From Candidatus Kuenenia stuttgartensis (GTDB lineage Bacteria; Planctomycetota; Brocadiia; Brocadiales; Brocadiaceae): DNA of 32,000 nucleotides. The notes beneath the pieces were generated by a model. That model had not been told where the DNA came from. It worked only from the letters and a program-made list of their open reading frames with translations, and did not search any database. Below are positions 8,180-16,701 of the stretch, piece after piece (positions within the stretch are counted from its first letter, which is position 1; the number at the start of each line of letters is the position of its first letter). The stretch is taken from positions 3,840,001-3,872,000 of the forward strand of contig NZ_LT934425.1 in the NCBI RefSeq assembly GCF_900232105.1. Direction: 5' to 3'. The translations under genes and the position numbers were made by a program.

Positions 8180-9606
8180 TTATTTATACCTGTTAACCGC
8201 ACAACATCTTCCAAACAGTCTTTCGTTCTCTTAAATGTCTCTTCGTGTATCTGTTTTTCAAAAATAAGTGAATCTAATAATCGAAAGGATTCACGAGCTA
8301 CGGTCGTTGCGTCCTCAGAGAGTTTGTTTTGTCCGTTATTTTCAAAAAAACGGGAAGTTGTCAACGATTGTGCGAGTTCGTTTGAGATACCGGTAAAAGT
8401 GCCCAAATATGTCCTTAATGCTTTGCTGGCTAATTGAGCGTTTTCTTTATTTAGTGCGTCGTTGTCAGTGTATTCAAGTTTTAACATAACAGCTTTTAAT
8501 TTTTCTAAGGCAATATGAGGGGTGATAGTGGTGGTTATTGGCTTTTTCTCAGCTTGTTTTTGCATGGATGCCCTTATGGTAAGCATACCAAACAGAAGCA
8601 ACAAAAGAATTCCTCCGCCAAAGGGCATGTATCCATAGAAAAAAACATGCTCTTTTGAATAAGGCACCGGGCCTTTTAATCCTTCCAGCGGGACATCAAC
8701 CGATTTAAGGAGTGTGTTGATAAGAATAGGAATTGGTGTAGTATGGGCTTCTTTTGTAACGATAGAAGAATCGTTGCCTCTGATTGCCGCGCTTTGTGAA
8801 TCCGGTTCCTTGTAATACAATACAGATATTCCCGGGATTTCAGGATTCCGCTCTTTCCCCCCCAGTTCATATATTGCGAGGGTATAATCTATAACGGTTT
8901 TTGTCAATTCCCCTTCGGTTTGTGTCGAGGACTCTTTTTTTAATACTTCAAAAGGGGGGAACTGTATTTTATCCATGGTATCCCACAGGAGTTTTATATC
9001 ATTTTCATATCTGATGGTTAGTGTATAGTGAATGCGGTCGCCGATACATATAACATCCTTGTCGATTTTCCCTTCAACGAGGATGGGTGTTCTTTTTACC
9101 GCGATAGGGGCGGAACTGGCAGCCCCTTCCTTAGAATCAACGGTATTAATATAGGAAAGCTTGAAGGAGGGTATTGAGTATATACCCTCCTTAATATTTG
9201 GCGGCAGTGAAAGTGCGTAAGTAACAACCGCAAAATCATGCATGTTATCAAATATCTGGCGTTCACTGATGATTATTCCCTCTATCACAAATGGGCTAAG
9301 GTCAACATTGGCAAGACTCTCCAGATCTACGGTTATACCCAGCATCCATAACACCTGTACGGTGAGATGTAACGTTTTTCCGGGAATGATCCGGTAATCA
9401 TCGATAAAAGTCCATATTTCAAGCGGCCTGTCTGTAAGCAGAAACTCTTTTTTTAATGCTGACTCCGACTCCGACTCCGACTCTGATTTTGCTGTTGCGG
9501 CAATGGACGTTTCATTTTCCTGTGTTTCCTGGCCATGTACCGGGGTAAAACAATATCCCCACGAAAACATGCCAATGAATGTAAATAAAGCAAAAAGATG
9601 TCTCAT
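8176..9606 (-). CDS. BatD-like/oxygen-tolerance family protein with signal peptide and central TM helix
   Basis: Signal peptide (LFALFTFIGMFSWGYCFTPVHG), beta-rich extracytoplasmic region, TM helix GGGILLLLLFGMLTI; overlaps its neighbours on both sides within the operon. Confidence 0.7.
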   Translation of the reverse strand: MRHLFALFTFIGMFSWGYCFTPVHGQETQENETSIAATAKSESESESESALKKEFLLTDRPLEIWTFIDDYRIIPGKTLHLTVQVLWMLGITVDLESLANVDLSPFVIEGIIISERQIFDNMHDFAVVTYALSLPPNIKEGIYSIPSFKLSYINTVDSKEGAASSAPIAVKRTPILVEGKIDKDVICIGDRIHYTLTIRYENDIKLLWDTMDKIQFPPFEVLKKESSTQTEGELTKTVIDYTLAIYELGGKERNPEIPGISVLYYKEPDSQSAAIRGNDSSIVTKEAHTTPIPILINTLLKSVDVPLEGLKGPVPYSKEHVFFYGYMPFGGGILLLLLFGMLTIRASMQKQAEKKPITTTITPHIALEKLKAVMLKLEYTDNDALNKENAQLASKALRTYLGTFTGISNELAQSLTTSRFFENNGQNKLSEDATTVARESFRLLDSLIFEKQIHEETFKRTKDCLEDVVRLTGINK

Positions 9607-10460
9607 TTTTTAATTCTCCCTCCTCTACGGATGCGTTTGTCAAAAAACTCTGATATTTTTTTTATCCATATACCTTCATCTTCATCTGTCTGTATCGTTA
9701 TACCGCTTATGGTTAATTTTCTCAGTAAGGCATAAAAAGGTGCAGGCACATTAAGAGCCTCTGTAGTGCTTATTGTTTTATTGCAATGGGTTTCAACATC
9801 ACGAATCGTTAGATATCCCCTCGCTTTTGGGATGCAGGACTCTCTTTTATCGGAAACAATAACAGGAATAACCTCATGCCGGTAGGAGAGTGTCTTTAGT
9901 GAACGTTCGTAATTATGTGGGGCGAAAAAATCGGATAGGATAAAAATGAGAGAAGGAGACTGCACTTTTTTATGTAAAAAAGTCAATGCGGCGTTAATGT
10001 CAGTAAAATGAGAGGACGGTTCATCCGTTAAAACCTTTTTCATATTCTTAAAAGCTTCATTTTCGCCCGTTTTAGGCGGTATGTATTGCTCAACTCTATC
10101 GGTAAATGCGAGAAAACCAATTTCATTGCCCGTTTCTGATGCCGCATAAACAAGGAGAGAAAGCAATTTAGCTACAATATCTTCTTTTGTATGATAAAAA
10201 GAGCCAAATTTTTCAGAACGGCTCTTGTCGATAATGAAAAAAATAGTCGCACGTTTATCCACTAATTTCAGACGTACGTGTAAACGGCCTATTCGGGAAG
10301 TGGTTTTCCAGTCAACAGACCTTAAATCATCGCCGGTCTGATATTGCCGAAGCTCATCCAGTTCCAGACCGTGCGTTGAGTTTATATAGCTGGCGAATGA
10401 TCCGCCAAAGAGATTACCTATTAACCGCTGTAAATAAAGGCGTACACGTTTTTTTTTCAA
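9603..10460 (-). CDS. DUF58 domain-containing protein
   Basis: ELDELRQYQTGDDLRSVDWKTTSRIGRLHVRLKLVDKRATIFFIIDKSRSEKFGS is the characteristic DUF58 segment. Confidence 0.93.
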   Translation of the reverse strand: MKKKRVRLYLQRLIGNLFGGSFASYINSTHGLELDELRQYQTGDDLRSVDWKTTSRIGRLHVRLKLVDKRATIFFIIDKSRSEKFGSFYHTKEDIVAKLLSLLVYAASETGNEIGFLAFTDRVEQYIPPKTGENEAFKNMKKVLTDEPSSHFTDINAALTFLHKKVQSPSLIFILSDFFAPHNYERSLKTLSYRHEVIPVIVSDKRESCIPKARGYLTIRDVETHCNKTISTTEALNVPAPFYALLRKLTISGITIQTDEDEGIWIKKISEFFDKRIRRGGRIKK

Positions 10461-10465
10461 TGAAT

Positions 10466-11458
10466 TTATTCCAGAATAGGAACCCGGTGAAGAATTTTTG
10501 TGATAATATCATCTGAATCGTAGCCTTCCACCTCCGCCTCATGCGTAAGGATGATTCTGTGCCGCAAAACGGGATAGGCCATTTTCTGAACATGCTCAGG
10601 CAGAATCGTATCGTCTCCCTGGATATAAGCATAAACACGCGATGCCTTTGTGAGTGCAATAGTTGCTCTGGGTGAGGCGCCGTACATGACAAGGTCTTCC
10701 AGTATGCCGTCATTTTCTTCCGGCCTTGTTGCCCTTACAAGCCGTGCGATGTATTGTATTATAGAGGGCGCATCATTTGGCGGTAGCCATTCTGCTATAG
10801 TAGTTCTCAATGCAAGTATTTCCTCAGGTTTAAAAATAACCGCGAGTGGAGTTTCTGTGCCAGAGGCATGTTTTTCTGTTATCTCTATTTCATCATTATA
10901 AGAAGGGTATCTGATTTTTATTTTGAACATAAAACGGTCTATTTCTGCTTCCGGCAATAAATAGGTACCTGATATTTCGATGGGATTTTGAGTCGCAAGC
11001 ACCAGGAATAATTTTTCCAGGTGATGGGTTTCCCTGCCGATGGTTACCTGTTTTTCCTGCATAGCTTCTAATAAGGCGCTTTGTACTTTTGCCGGTGCGC
11101 GGTTAATCTCGTCTGCAAGAAGAATGTTTGTAAAAACAGGGCCTTTTTGAATCCTGCTTTTTTTCGTTTCAGGGAGCCACATTTCAAATCCGGTAATATC
11201 GGCGGGAATAAGGTCCGGCGTGAATTGTACCCGATGGAATTTTGCATCGAGTATGCTTGCTACGGTTTTTACCGTCATTGTTTTTCCAAGTCCAGGATAA
11301 CCTTCCAGTAAGATATGCCCATCTGACAGTAGGGCGATTATAATTGTTTCGATCATTTCTTCCTGTCCTACAATGACCTTTCCGATCTCTTGTTTTATTT
11401 TTTCCACCTTCTCTTTAATCGGGCATCTGTTATTTTTTGTTTTTGTTTGAGCTTTCAC
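10466..11458 (-). CDS. MoxR-family AAA+ ATPase
   Basis: Walker A GYPGLGKT, Walker B LLADEIN, NRAPAKVQSALLEAMQEKQVTI, LATQNPIE. Confidence 0.96.
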   Translation of the reverse strand: MKAQTKTKNNRCPIKEKVEKIKQEIGKVIVGQEEMIETIIIALLSDGHILLEGYPGLGKTMTVKTVASILDAKFHRVQFTPDLIPADITGFEMWLPETKKSRIQKGPVFTNILLADEINRAPAKVQSALLEAMQEKQVTIGRETHHLEKLFLVLATQNPIEISGTYLLPEAEIDRFMFKIKIRYPSYNDEIEITEKHASGTETPLAVIFKPEEILALRTTIAEWLPPNDAPSIIQYIARLVRATRPEENDGILEDLVMYGASPRATIALTKASRVYAYIQGDDTILPEHVQKMAYPVLRHRIILTHEAEVEGYDSDDIITKILHRVPILE

Positions 11459-11800
11459 CGTATTTAAATTCCTTCCTTTTGGAGAAACTGCTTTGAGTAA
11501 TGCTAAATAATTTAGTATTATTGCATTAATTGCTAAGGTGAGTGTATGTTTCTTCGAAGATTATATAAATTCTCTTACTTATTTACAAATAATAATTTTA
11601 GTGTATAAAAGCAGTCTAATCATGACGGTAATTACTGCCAACAATATAAGGGCGCAAAAAAATTATTGACAGTCAATTTTAAAAGATGTATATATTCGAC
11701 ACTTTATGGCACTTTACGTAATCTCTTCATATTAATATTTACTGTATAATAAATGTTTATTGTTAGTTTAATTAACCTATTCTAGTGAAAGGGGTTTGGG

Positions 11801-13540
11801 ATGTCGTTTTCAAAACCAAATGCGTCGGCAGCAACTCGTACAAAAAATAGAACACCTAATGACAGGAATGCTTCCAGCGGGATGTGTTCTGTTTGTGTAG
11901 ATGATTGTCCTGGTATTTGCGAAATAGGAAAATCAGCATTTCGATCTGTTGAAAATTTGTATCCACAGCCATTTGGGGTCATTACAGCAGGTGCGGACAA
12001 GGAATATCCTGTAGATTTTAGTCACTTAAACATAATGGGAACTGCGGTTGGCGCTGTTGGTATTGCCCCTGATAGCGATAAGGCTATTTTTGATAATGTT
12101 AATACAGAAACAAGGCTTGGCAAGGATAAGGGCATTAAGTTGAAGATGCCGATAATGATTCCCGGACTCGGTTCAACAAAAGTTGCAAAGACGCATTGGG
12201 ATGGTTTAGCGATAGGTTCAGCGATTTCAGGAACTGCACTAACGATAGGTGAAAACGTAGGCGGCATGGATGAACAATCCAAAATATCAAATGGCAAAAT
12301 AACCCATTGTCCCGATCTTGAATACAGGGTGAAAACCTACCAGAGTTGGCAGCAAGACGGTTATGGTTTGATAGTAATGCAGGAAAATGTTGAAGACAGC
12401 CGGTTAGGCATACTGGAATATGGGGTTGAAAAATTAGGCGTTCAGGCGGTGGAAATGAAGTGGGGGCAGGGTGCAAAGGACATTGGCGGCGAGGTTAAGA
12501 TTAATAATCTGGAAAAGGCGAAGATGTTGCGCGACCGCGGGTATATCGTATTGCCTGACCCGTATGACAAAGAAGTTACCGGTAGTTTTGGAAAGTCATT
12601 CAAGGAATTTGAACGGCACTCCAGAGTTGGAATGGTGAATGAAGACGATTTTGTAAAAAGGGTAAAGGCATTAAGGAATGCCGGTGCAAAATATGTATTT
12701 TTGAAAACAGGCGCATATCGTCCTGCAGATCTGGCAAGGGCGGTTTGGTATTGTTCCATTGCAGGAGTTGATGTTTTAACCGTTGACGGGGCAGGCGGCG
12801 GCACCGGCATGAGTCCGTGGCACATGATGAACGAGTGGGGTGTTCCGACGTTATACATTTCCGCCCTTACATATAATTATGTGCATCAACTGGCATCAAA
12901 GGGGCATTATGTACCTGATATAATCCTTGCGGGTGGGTTTGCGTTTGAGGACGACATTTTCAAGGCATTTGCACTTGGTGCGCCATATGTGAAAGCAGTC
13001 GGCATGGCGCGTTCACCTCTTTGTGCATCGCATGTAGGTACAGTGGTAGCCAACCAGATAAAAGAGGGTAAAATTGATAAATTCATTGCTGACTATGGCA
13101 GTAATGTAGAAGAGATATTTGTGTTGGCTTCAAAGGTTAAAAGATTATTTGGTACTGGTAAGAAAGAAGTCCCGCCAAATGCTTTAGGGCTGTATTCTTA
13201 TTATCAACGTTTATCACAGGGATTACGTCAGTTAATGTGCGGATCCAGGAAGTTTGCCCTGGAATATATCACAAGGGACGACATCGTTACCCTGACGCGT
13301 GACGCCGCTGATGTTACAGGGATCACCTATATCATGGATGCCGATAAAGCGGAAGCGCAGAAAATTCTTTCAGGAAAAGGATCAAAATCCAAGACGAAAC
13401 CAGTTGCAAAAGCGAAAACCGTTACTAAGGAAAAAGCCGTAAAAAAAGCAGCACCATCAAAAACAAAACCCGCAGCAAAAGCAGCGAGTGCCGTAATGCC
13501 TAAAGCAAAGACAGCGGTAAAGAAAAAAGGGGGGAAATAA
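11801..13540 (+). CDS. FMN-binding glutamate synthase family protein (GltB central/FMN-domain type) with Cys-rich N-terminus and basic Lys/Ala tail
   Basis: GLGSTKVAKTHWDGLAIG, QGAKDIGGEVK, VDGAGGGTGMSPWHMMNEWGVPT, DIILAGGFAFEDDIFKAFALGAPYVKAVGMAR. Confidence 0.92.
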   Translation: MSFSKPNASAATRTKNRTPNDRNASSGMCSVCVDDCPGICEIGKSAFRSVENLYPQPFGVITAGADKEYPVDFSHLNIMGTAVGAVGIAPDSDKAIFDNVNTETRLGKDKGIKLKMPIMIPGLGSTKVAKTHWDGLAIGSAISGTALTIGENVGGMDEQSKISNGKITHCPDLEYRVKTYQSWQQDGYGLIVMQENVEDSRLGILEYGVEKLGVQAVEMKWGQGAKDIGGEVKINNLEKAKMLRDRGYIVLPDPYDKEVTGSFGKSFKEFERHSRVGMVNEDDFVKRVKALRNAGAKYVFLKTGAYRPADLARAVWYCSIAGVDVLTVDGAGGGTGMSPWHMMNEWGVPTLYISALTYNYVHQLASKGHYVPDIILAGGFAFEDDIFKAFALGAPYVKAVGMARSPLCASHVGTVVANQIKEGKIDKFIADYGSNVEEIFVLASKVKRLFGTGKKEVPPNALGLYSYYQRLSQGLRQLMCGSRKFALEYITRDDIVTLTRDAADVTGITYIMDADKAEAQKILSGKGSKSKTKPVAKAKTVTKEKAVKKAAPSKTKPAAKAASAVMPKAKTAVKKKGGK

Positions 13541-13640
13541 CCAGGTCTTTGATGGAATATTGCAATGGTTTTGTAATATAAGCAAAACAGAGCAGTCAAA
13601 AAACATCCTTATAATAACGATAAAACAGTCATTTATAAAT

Positions 13641-13686
13641 AAAAGGGTTTTTCAGTTTTTTCAGACAACTGAAAAACCCTTTTTGA
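13641..13686 (+). terminator. Intrinsic terminator downstream of the glutamate-synthase-family gene
   Basis: AAGGGTTTTTCAG-N13-CTGAAAAACCCTT followed by TTTT. Confidence 0.85.
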
Positions 13687-13971
13687 GTATAGTCAAATAA
13701 ATCTATTTTTCTAAAGACATTACAAGCAGGGAGGTGAAACATTTGTTTGTTTACCGTATAACTCATTCAACAGACCGAAGTTGGCACATGTACAGTATTT
13801 TACGTCTCTTCTTATATGCAGGCAAATACTTCGCCCCTGCTTTTTAAAAAGCCAAATTACCGCTAAATTTTTAAAATCAGATTTGGCTGACTATAGATAA
13901 GTATGGATTTATTATATATATAAGCAAGTTATGCCCAATTGTAAAACTACGACTACTAAAAACAAACCACA

Positions 13972-14214
13972 ATGACCATTACAGGACAAATAAAAAAAAT
14001 CACTCTTGAAATTTTAGCGAGCCGGCCAGACGGAATAAGACATTCTGAATTGGGTAGAGCCACACGGACAAACAATCCTTCGTTCAAACCCAACACAATT
14101 AACGGAGCGACTTGGGACCTGGACGCAACTTACCCGAAAGAAATTTACAAACCAGACAGAGGCGTTTTCCGCCTAATAAAATTTATTTCATTTTGTTACA
14201 AATCTATCCAATGA
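13972..14214 (+). CDS. Small protein/fragment with winged-helix-like sequence
   Basis: MTITGQIKKITLEILASRPDGIRHSELGRATRTNNPSFKPNTINGATWDLDATYPKEIYKPDRGVFRLIKF; possibly the remnant of a longer gene. Confidence 0.45.
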   Translation: MTITGQIKKITLEILASRPDGIRHSELGRATRTNNPSFKPNTINGATWDLDATYPKEIYKPDRGVFRLIKFISFCYKSIQ

Positions 14215-14481
14215 AACTAATACATCTGAAGCGTCAAGGTTTCCCTTTATTCCTAAGTCCAAAAAAAGATTCATTGTTTCAATCTGGCTCAAATTAAGTA
14301 ATCGAGCAGCTTCCCTCAGTGTTATCTTGCCTTGCTTATAAAGATTTCCTGTATACGTCTCAAAACCTATTCTTATAAGCTTTCTCCTCGCAGTGGATTC
14401 CTCTATCCTCTCTTCTTTTTCAACAAGCTCAATAGCATCCATCATATCTTTAGGTATCCTTATGGATTTTGTTTTCATCAT
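14188..14481 (-). CDS. UPF0175-like antitoxin
   Basis: RHH-like N-terminus plus LYKQGKITLREAARLLNLSQIETMNLFLDLGIK. ATG at 14481 overlaps the TGA of the upstream reading frame (ATGA). The ORF track start at 14490 is a TTG. Confidence 0.75.
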   Translation of the reverse strand: MMKTKSIRIPKDMMDAIELVEKEERIEESTARRKLIRIGFETYTGNLYKQGKITLREAARLLNLSQIETMNLFLDLGIKGNLDASDVLVSLDRFVTK

Positions 14482-14944
14482 TTTCTCCAATTTTTTAATA
14501 TTGCCTTTATGGCATTATATTCTTCATTGCTAACAAACGATGATAAACAATCCAATTTATTTTGTGCCTCTTTTATTGTTAATGTGTCTTTTTTCAACAA
14601 TAAAGCAATAAAAACCGCAGGGGTTATGTATGGGATATCAAGAAACGTAATCTCTTAATAAACCTTTTATCATCGCTACATATTGCTTCGTATCCTCCTT
14701 GTTGAAATATTGAAAAAATCGCATCTTCACCCTTTTTAGAGGACAAAGTCATAGTATTTAATTTTATCAGCTTATTTTCTATGTTTTCTTTAATAATTAA
14801 AGCATCAATATGTTCCTGGGGATTATAAATAATTTCTTCTTTAACCAGTTGTGGTATTGTAACTGCAAAGTTCTTACATACAACTTCTTTTAATTTTGAT
14901 TTAGTTAATTTAATAAGGCAATCGGCATCCATTAATAGTTTCAT
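14478..14944 (-). pseudogene. PIN-domain toxin (DUF3368-like) interrupted by a single frameshift
   Basis: Frame 1 MKLLMDADCLIKLTKSKL...GEDAIFSIFQQGGYEAICSDDKRFIKRLRF; frame 2 continues LDIPYITPAVFIALLLKKDTLTIKEAQNKLDCLSSFVSNEEYNAIKAILKNWRK*. Shift at about 14643-14645. Confidence 0.8.
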
Positions 14945-15087
14945 GTGCTACATTGTAATAATTATATTGCATACTGTCAAATTATGTTATGCGCACGGCC
15001 GTACGTCTCTACAGGAGGGGATTGAGGGGTGGGTAAAAATGAATGCTGTTGGGTTTGTGGTAACATTTTAGTCTTTTGAAAAACGTA

Positions 15088-15290
15088 TTACCTATAAGCT
15101 CCGTAGGAGCAGCCTGTTTGTAGCAAAATAGGATATTATAACAGATATTAGCTCCGTTAGGAGCGACCTGTCTCTTGTAAATCCATATTAAACAGGTCTG
15201 CCTGAATATGGACAGGCCGCTCCTACGGAGCTATTTACCTTATTGAATTTTATTGCGCTACAAACAGACCGCCCCTGACGGGGCTACATG
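15088..15290. repeat. Cluster of GCTCCGTAGGAGC-type inverted repeats
   Basis: AAGCTCCGTAGGAGCAGCCTGTTTGTAGC, TTAGCTCCGTTAGGAGCGACCTGT and inverse GACAGGCCGCTCCTACGGAGCT / CGCTACAAACAGACCGCCCCTGACGG. Confidence 0.75.
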
Positions 15291-15548
15291 GTATTTTTCC
15301 TATCCCGGGAATTTTTCAAAAAACTAAAGTGTTACGGTTTGTGTCTTTTATAACCAGAAACCTGTTTGAAGCCTGTCTGCGTGCGGCATGCACAGGCAGG
15401 CCAACGATTTCTCAAACAACTATTCATGATAATCAGTAAAACACTGAAAGTATAATACGGCATAATTTAATTTGACAATGTCGTCCCTCAAAAGTATAAT
15501 CCCACCGAAATGAAATAAGACGTGTTCTTTTTTATAAATAATTGTTTG

Positions 15549-15736
15549 GTTGCAGGTATTCTTAACAAGCTGCTTGTTAAGAATAAAAGGGAATCCACGC
15601 CTCATTTAGTTGAGGATTGGAGCGGACCCGCCGCTGTAACCGGGGACGAACATCATGAAAAGCCACTGGAAAGCCGCAGCTTTCCGGGAAGGTGTGATTA
15701 GTAGAATGATCCGGGAGCCAGAAGACCTGCCTGCAA
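15549..15736 (+). promoter_or_regulatory. Cobalamin riboswitch candidate 1
   Basis: Outer stem TTGCAGG/CCTGC..GCAA; CGCCGCTGTAACCGGGGACGA, AGCCACTGG B12-box, GGGAAGGTGTGATTAGTAGAATGATCCGGGAGCCAGAAGACCTGCC. Confidence 0.93.
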
Positions 15737-15844
15737 TCGCTTCACGATGTCTTCGATGGTAAAGAGGGTGAAGGGTATATATATAATATCAATGCTTGTA
15801 TTGTATGGGCAGGTTTCAAAACCCGCTCGTACCGATAAAAATAG

Positions 15845-15883
15845 AAAACCCATATCTTCCGTATCGAGGATATGGGTTTTTTT
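15845..15883 (+). terminator. Intrinsic terminator after riboswitch 1
   Basis: 12-bp stem AAAACCCATATC / GATATGGGTTTT followed by TTT. Confidence 0.8.
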
Positions 15884-15966
15884 GTTATTGTTTAAGCATC
15901 AGGAATTCATTCTCTTTGTAAGGAGTGTATATGTAGTTAATTGTTTAATGAAAAAATAAATTACCC

Positions 15967-16189
15967 ATTACAGGTGTCCCAATATACCCATTGGGACGAA
16001 AAGGGAATCCCAACTCCAACTCATTGTGTCAGAAATGAGGAGTAAAGGGAACGGTACCGCCGCTGTATCCGGTGACGAACGTTGCAAATGCCACTGGTGA
16101 ACCGCTTCATTAGTTTATACCAATGAGACGGCTTTCCGGGAAGGCGCAATAAGTAGGACGACCCGCTAGTCAGAAGACCTGCCTGTAAT
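15967..16189 (+). promoter_or_regulatory. Cobalamin riboswitch candidate 2
   Basis: Outer stem TTACAGG/CCTGTAA; CCGCCGCTGTATCCGGTGACGAAC, TGCCACTGGTG, GGGAAGGCGCAATAAGTAGGACGACCCGCTAGTCAGAAGACCTGCC. Confidence 0.93.
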
Positions 16190-16244
16190 GTTTTGCCGAA
16201 AACTTCTTCGTCGTAAAGGAGGTGAAGTGTGACGTATGTACTTT

Positions 16245-16286
16245 AAAGCCCGTCTCTTCCCTGTACGAAGAAACGGGCTTTTTTGT
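16245..16286 (+). terminator. Intrinsic terminator after riboswitch 2
   Basis: AAAGCCCGT...ACGGGCTTTTTTG. Confidence 0.8.
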
Positions 16287-16701
16287 TTTAATCGCCATTG
16301 CAAGATGGCGCCGTACAAGCGGAGTTTGTCCGCGCCACCCAACCATATCAATATTAAAAAGCTATATTAAACGTTTAGAGATTTCAAACTGTTCATGTAA
16401 CGACAAGGCACGCTTTGCCGCTACATTGTTGAAAATCGCCGAAGTCCTTATTAAGAATAGATACTTTAAAAACGCTCGTTCCCAGGCTTCGCAGACTGGG
16501 ACAAATGAACCTTGTTGTCTCAAAAGTGGGGGCAACTTATCACATTTTGCCTATTTTATGCTTAATTTATTACTGTTTTTCTATTAAAGAGGGAAATTCA
16601 TATCGTGAAATAGGATAGAATTGCCCATTTGACCCAGTCTGTCCGGCTTGGGAACGTAATTGCATTGGAAGCTCCGCTTCCATGGGGAAAGAAGACTACA
16701 A

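Noticed and set aside
12022-12858. Three antisense ORFs (12022-12297, 12135-12476, 12442-12858)
   Set aside because: They lie opposite a well-supported FMN glutamate-synthase-family gene and have no recognisable protein features.
15000-15300. CRISPR-like array
   Set aside because: Repeats are inverted, unequal in spacing and few; better described as nested palindromic elements.
16222-16587. 121 aa plus-strand ORF
   Set aside because: Starts inside the riboswitch 2 terminator region and runs through repeat-derived sequence; no domain-like pattern.
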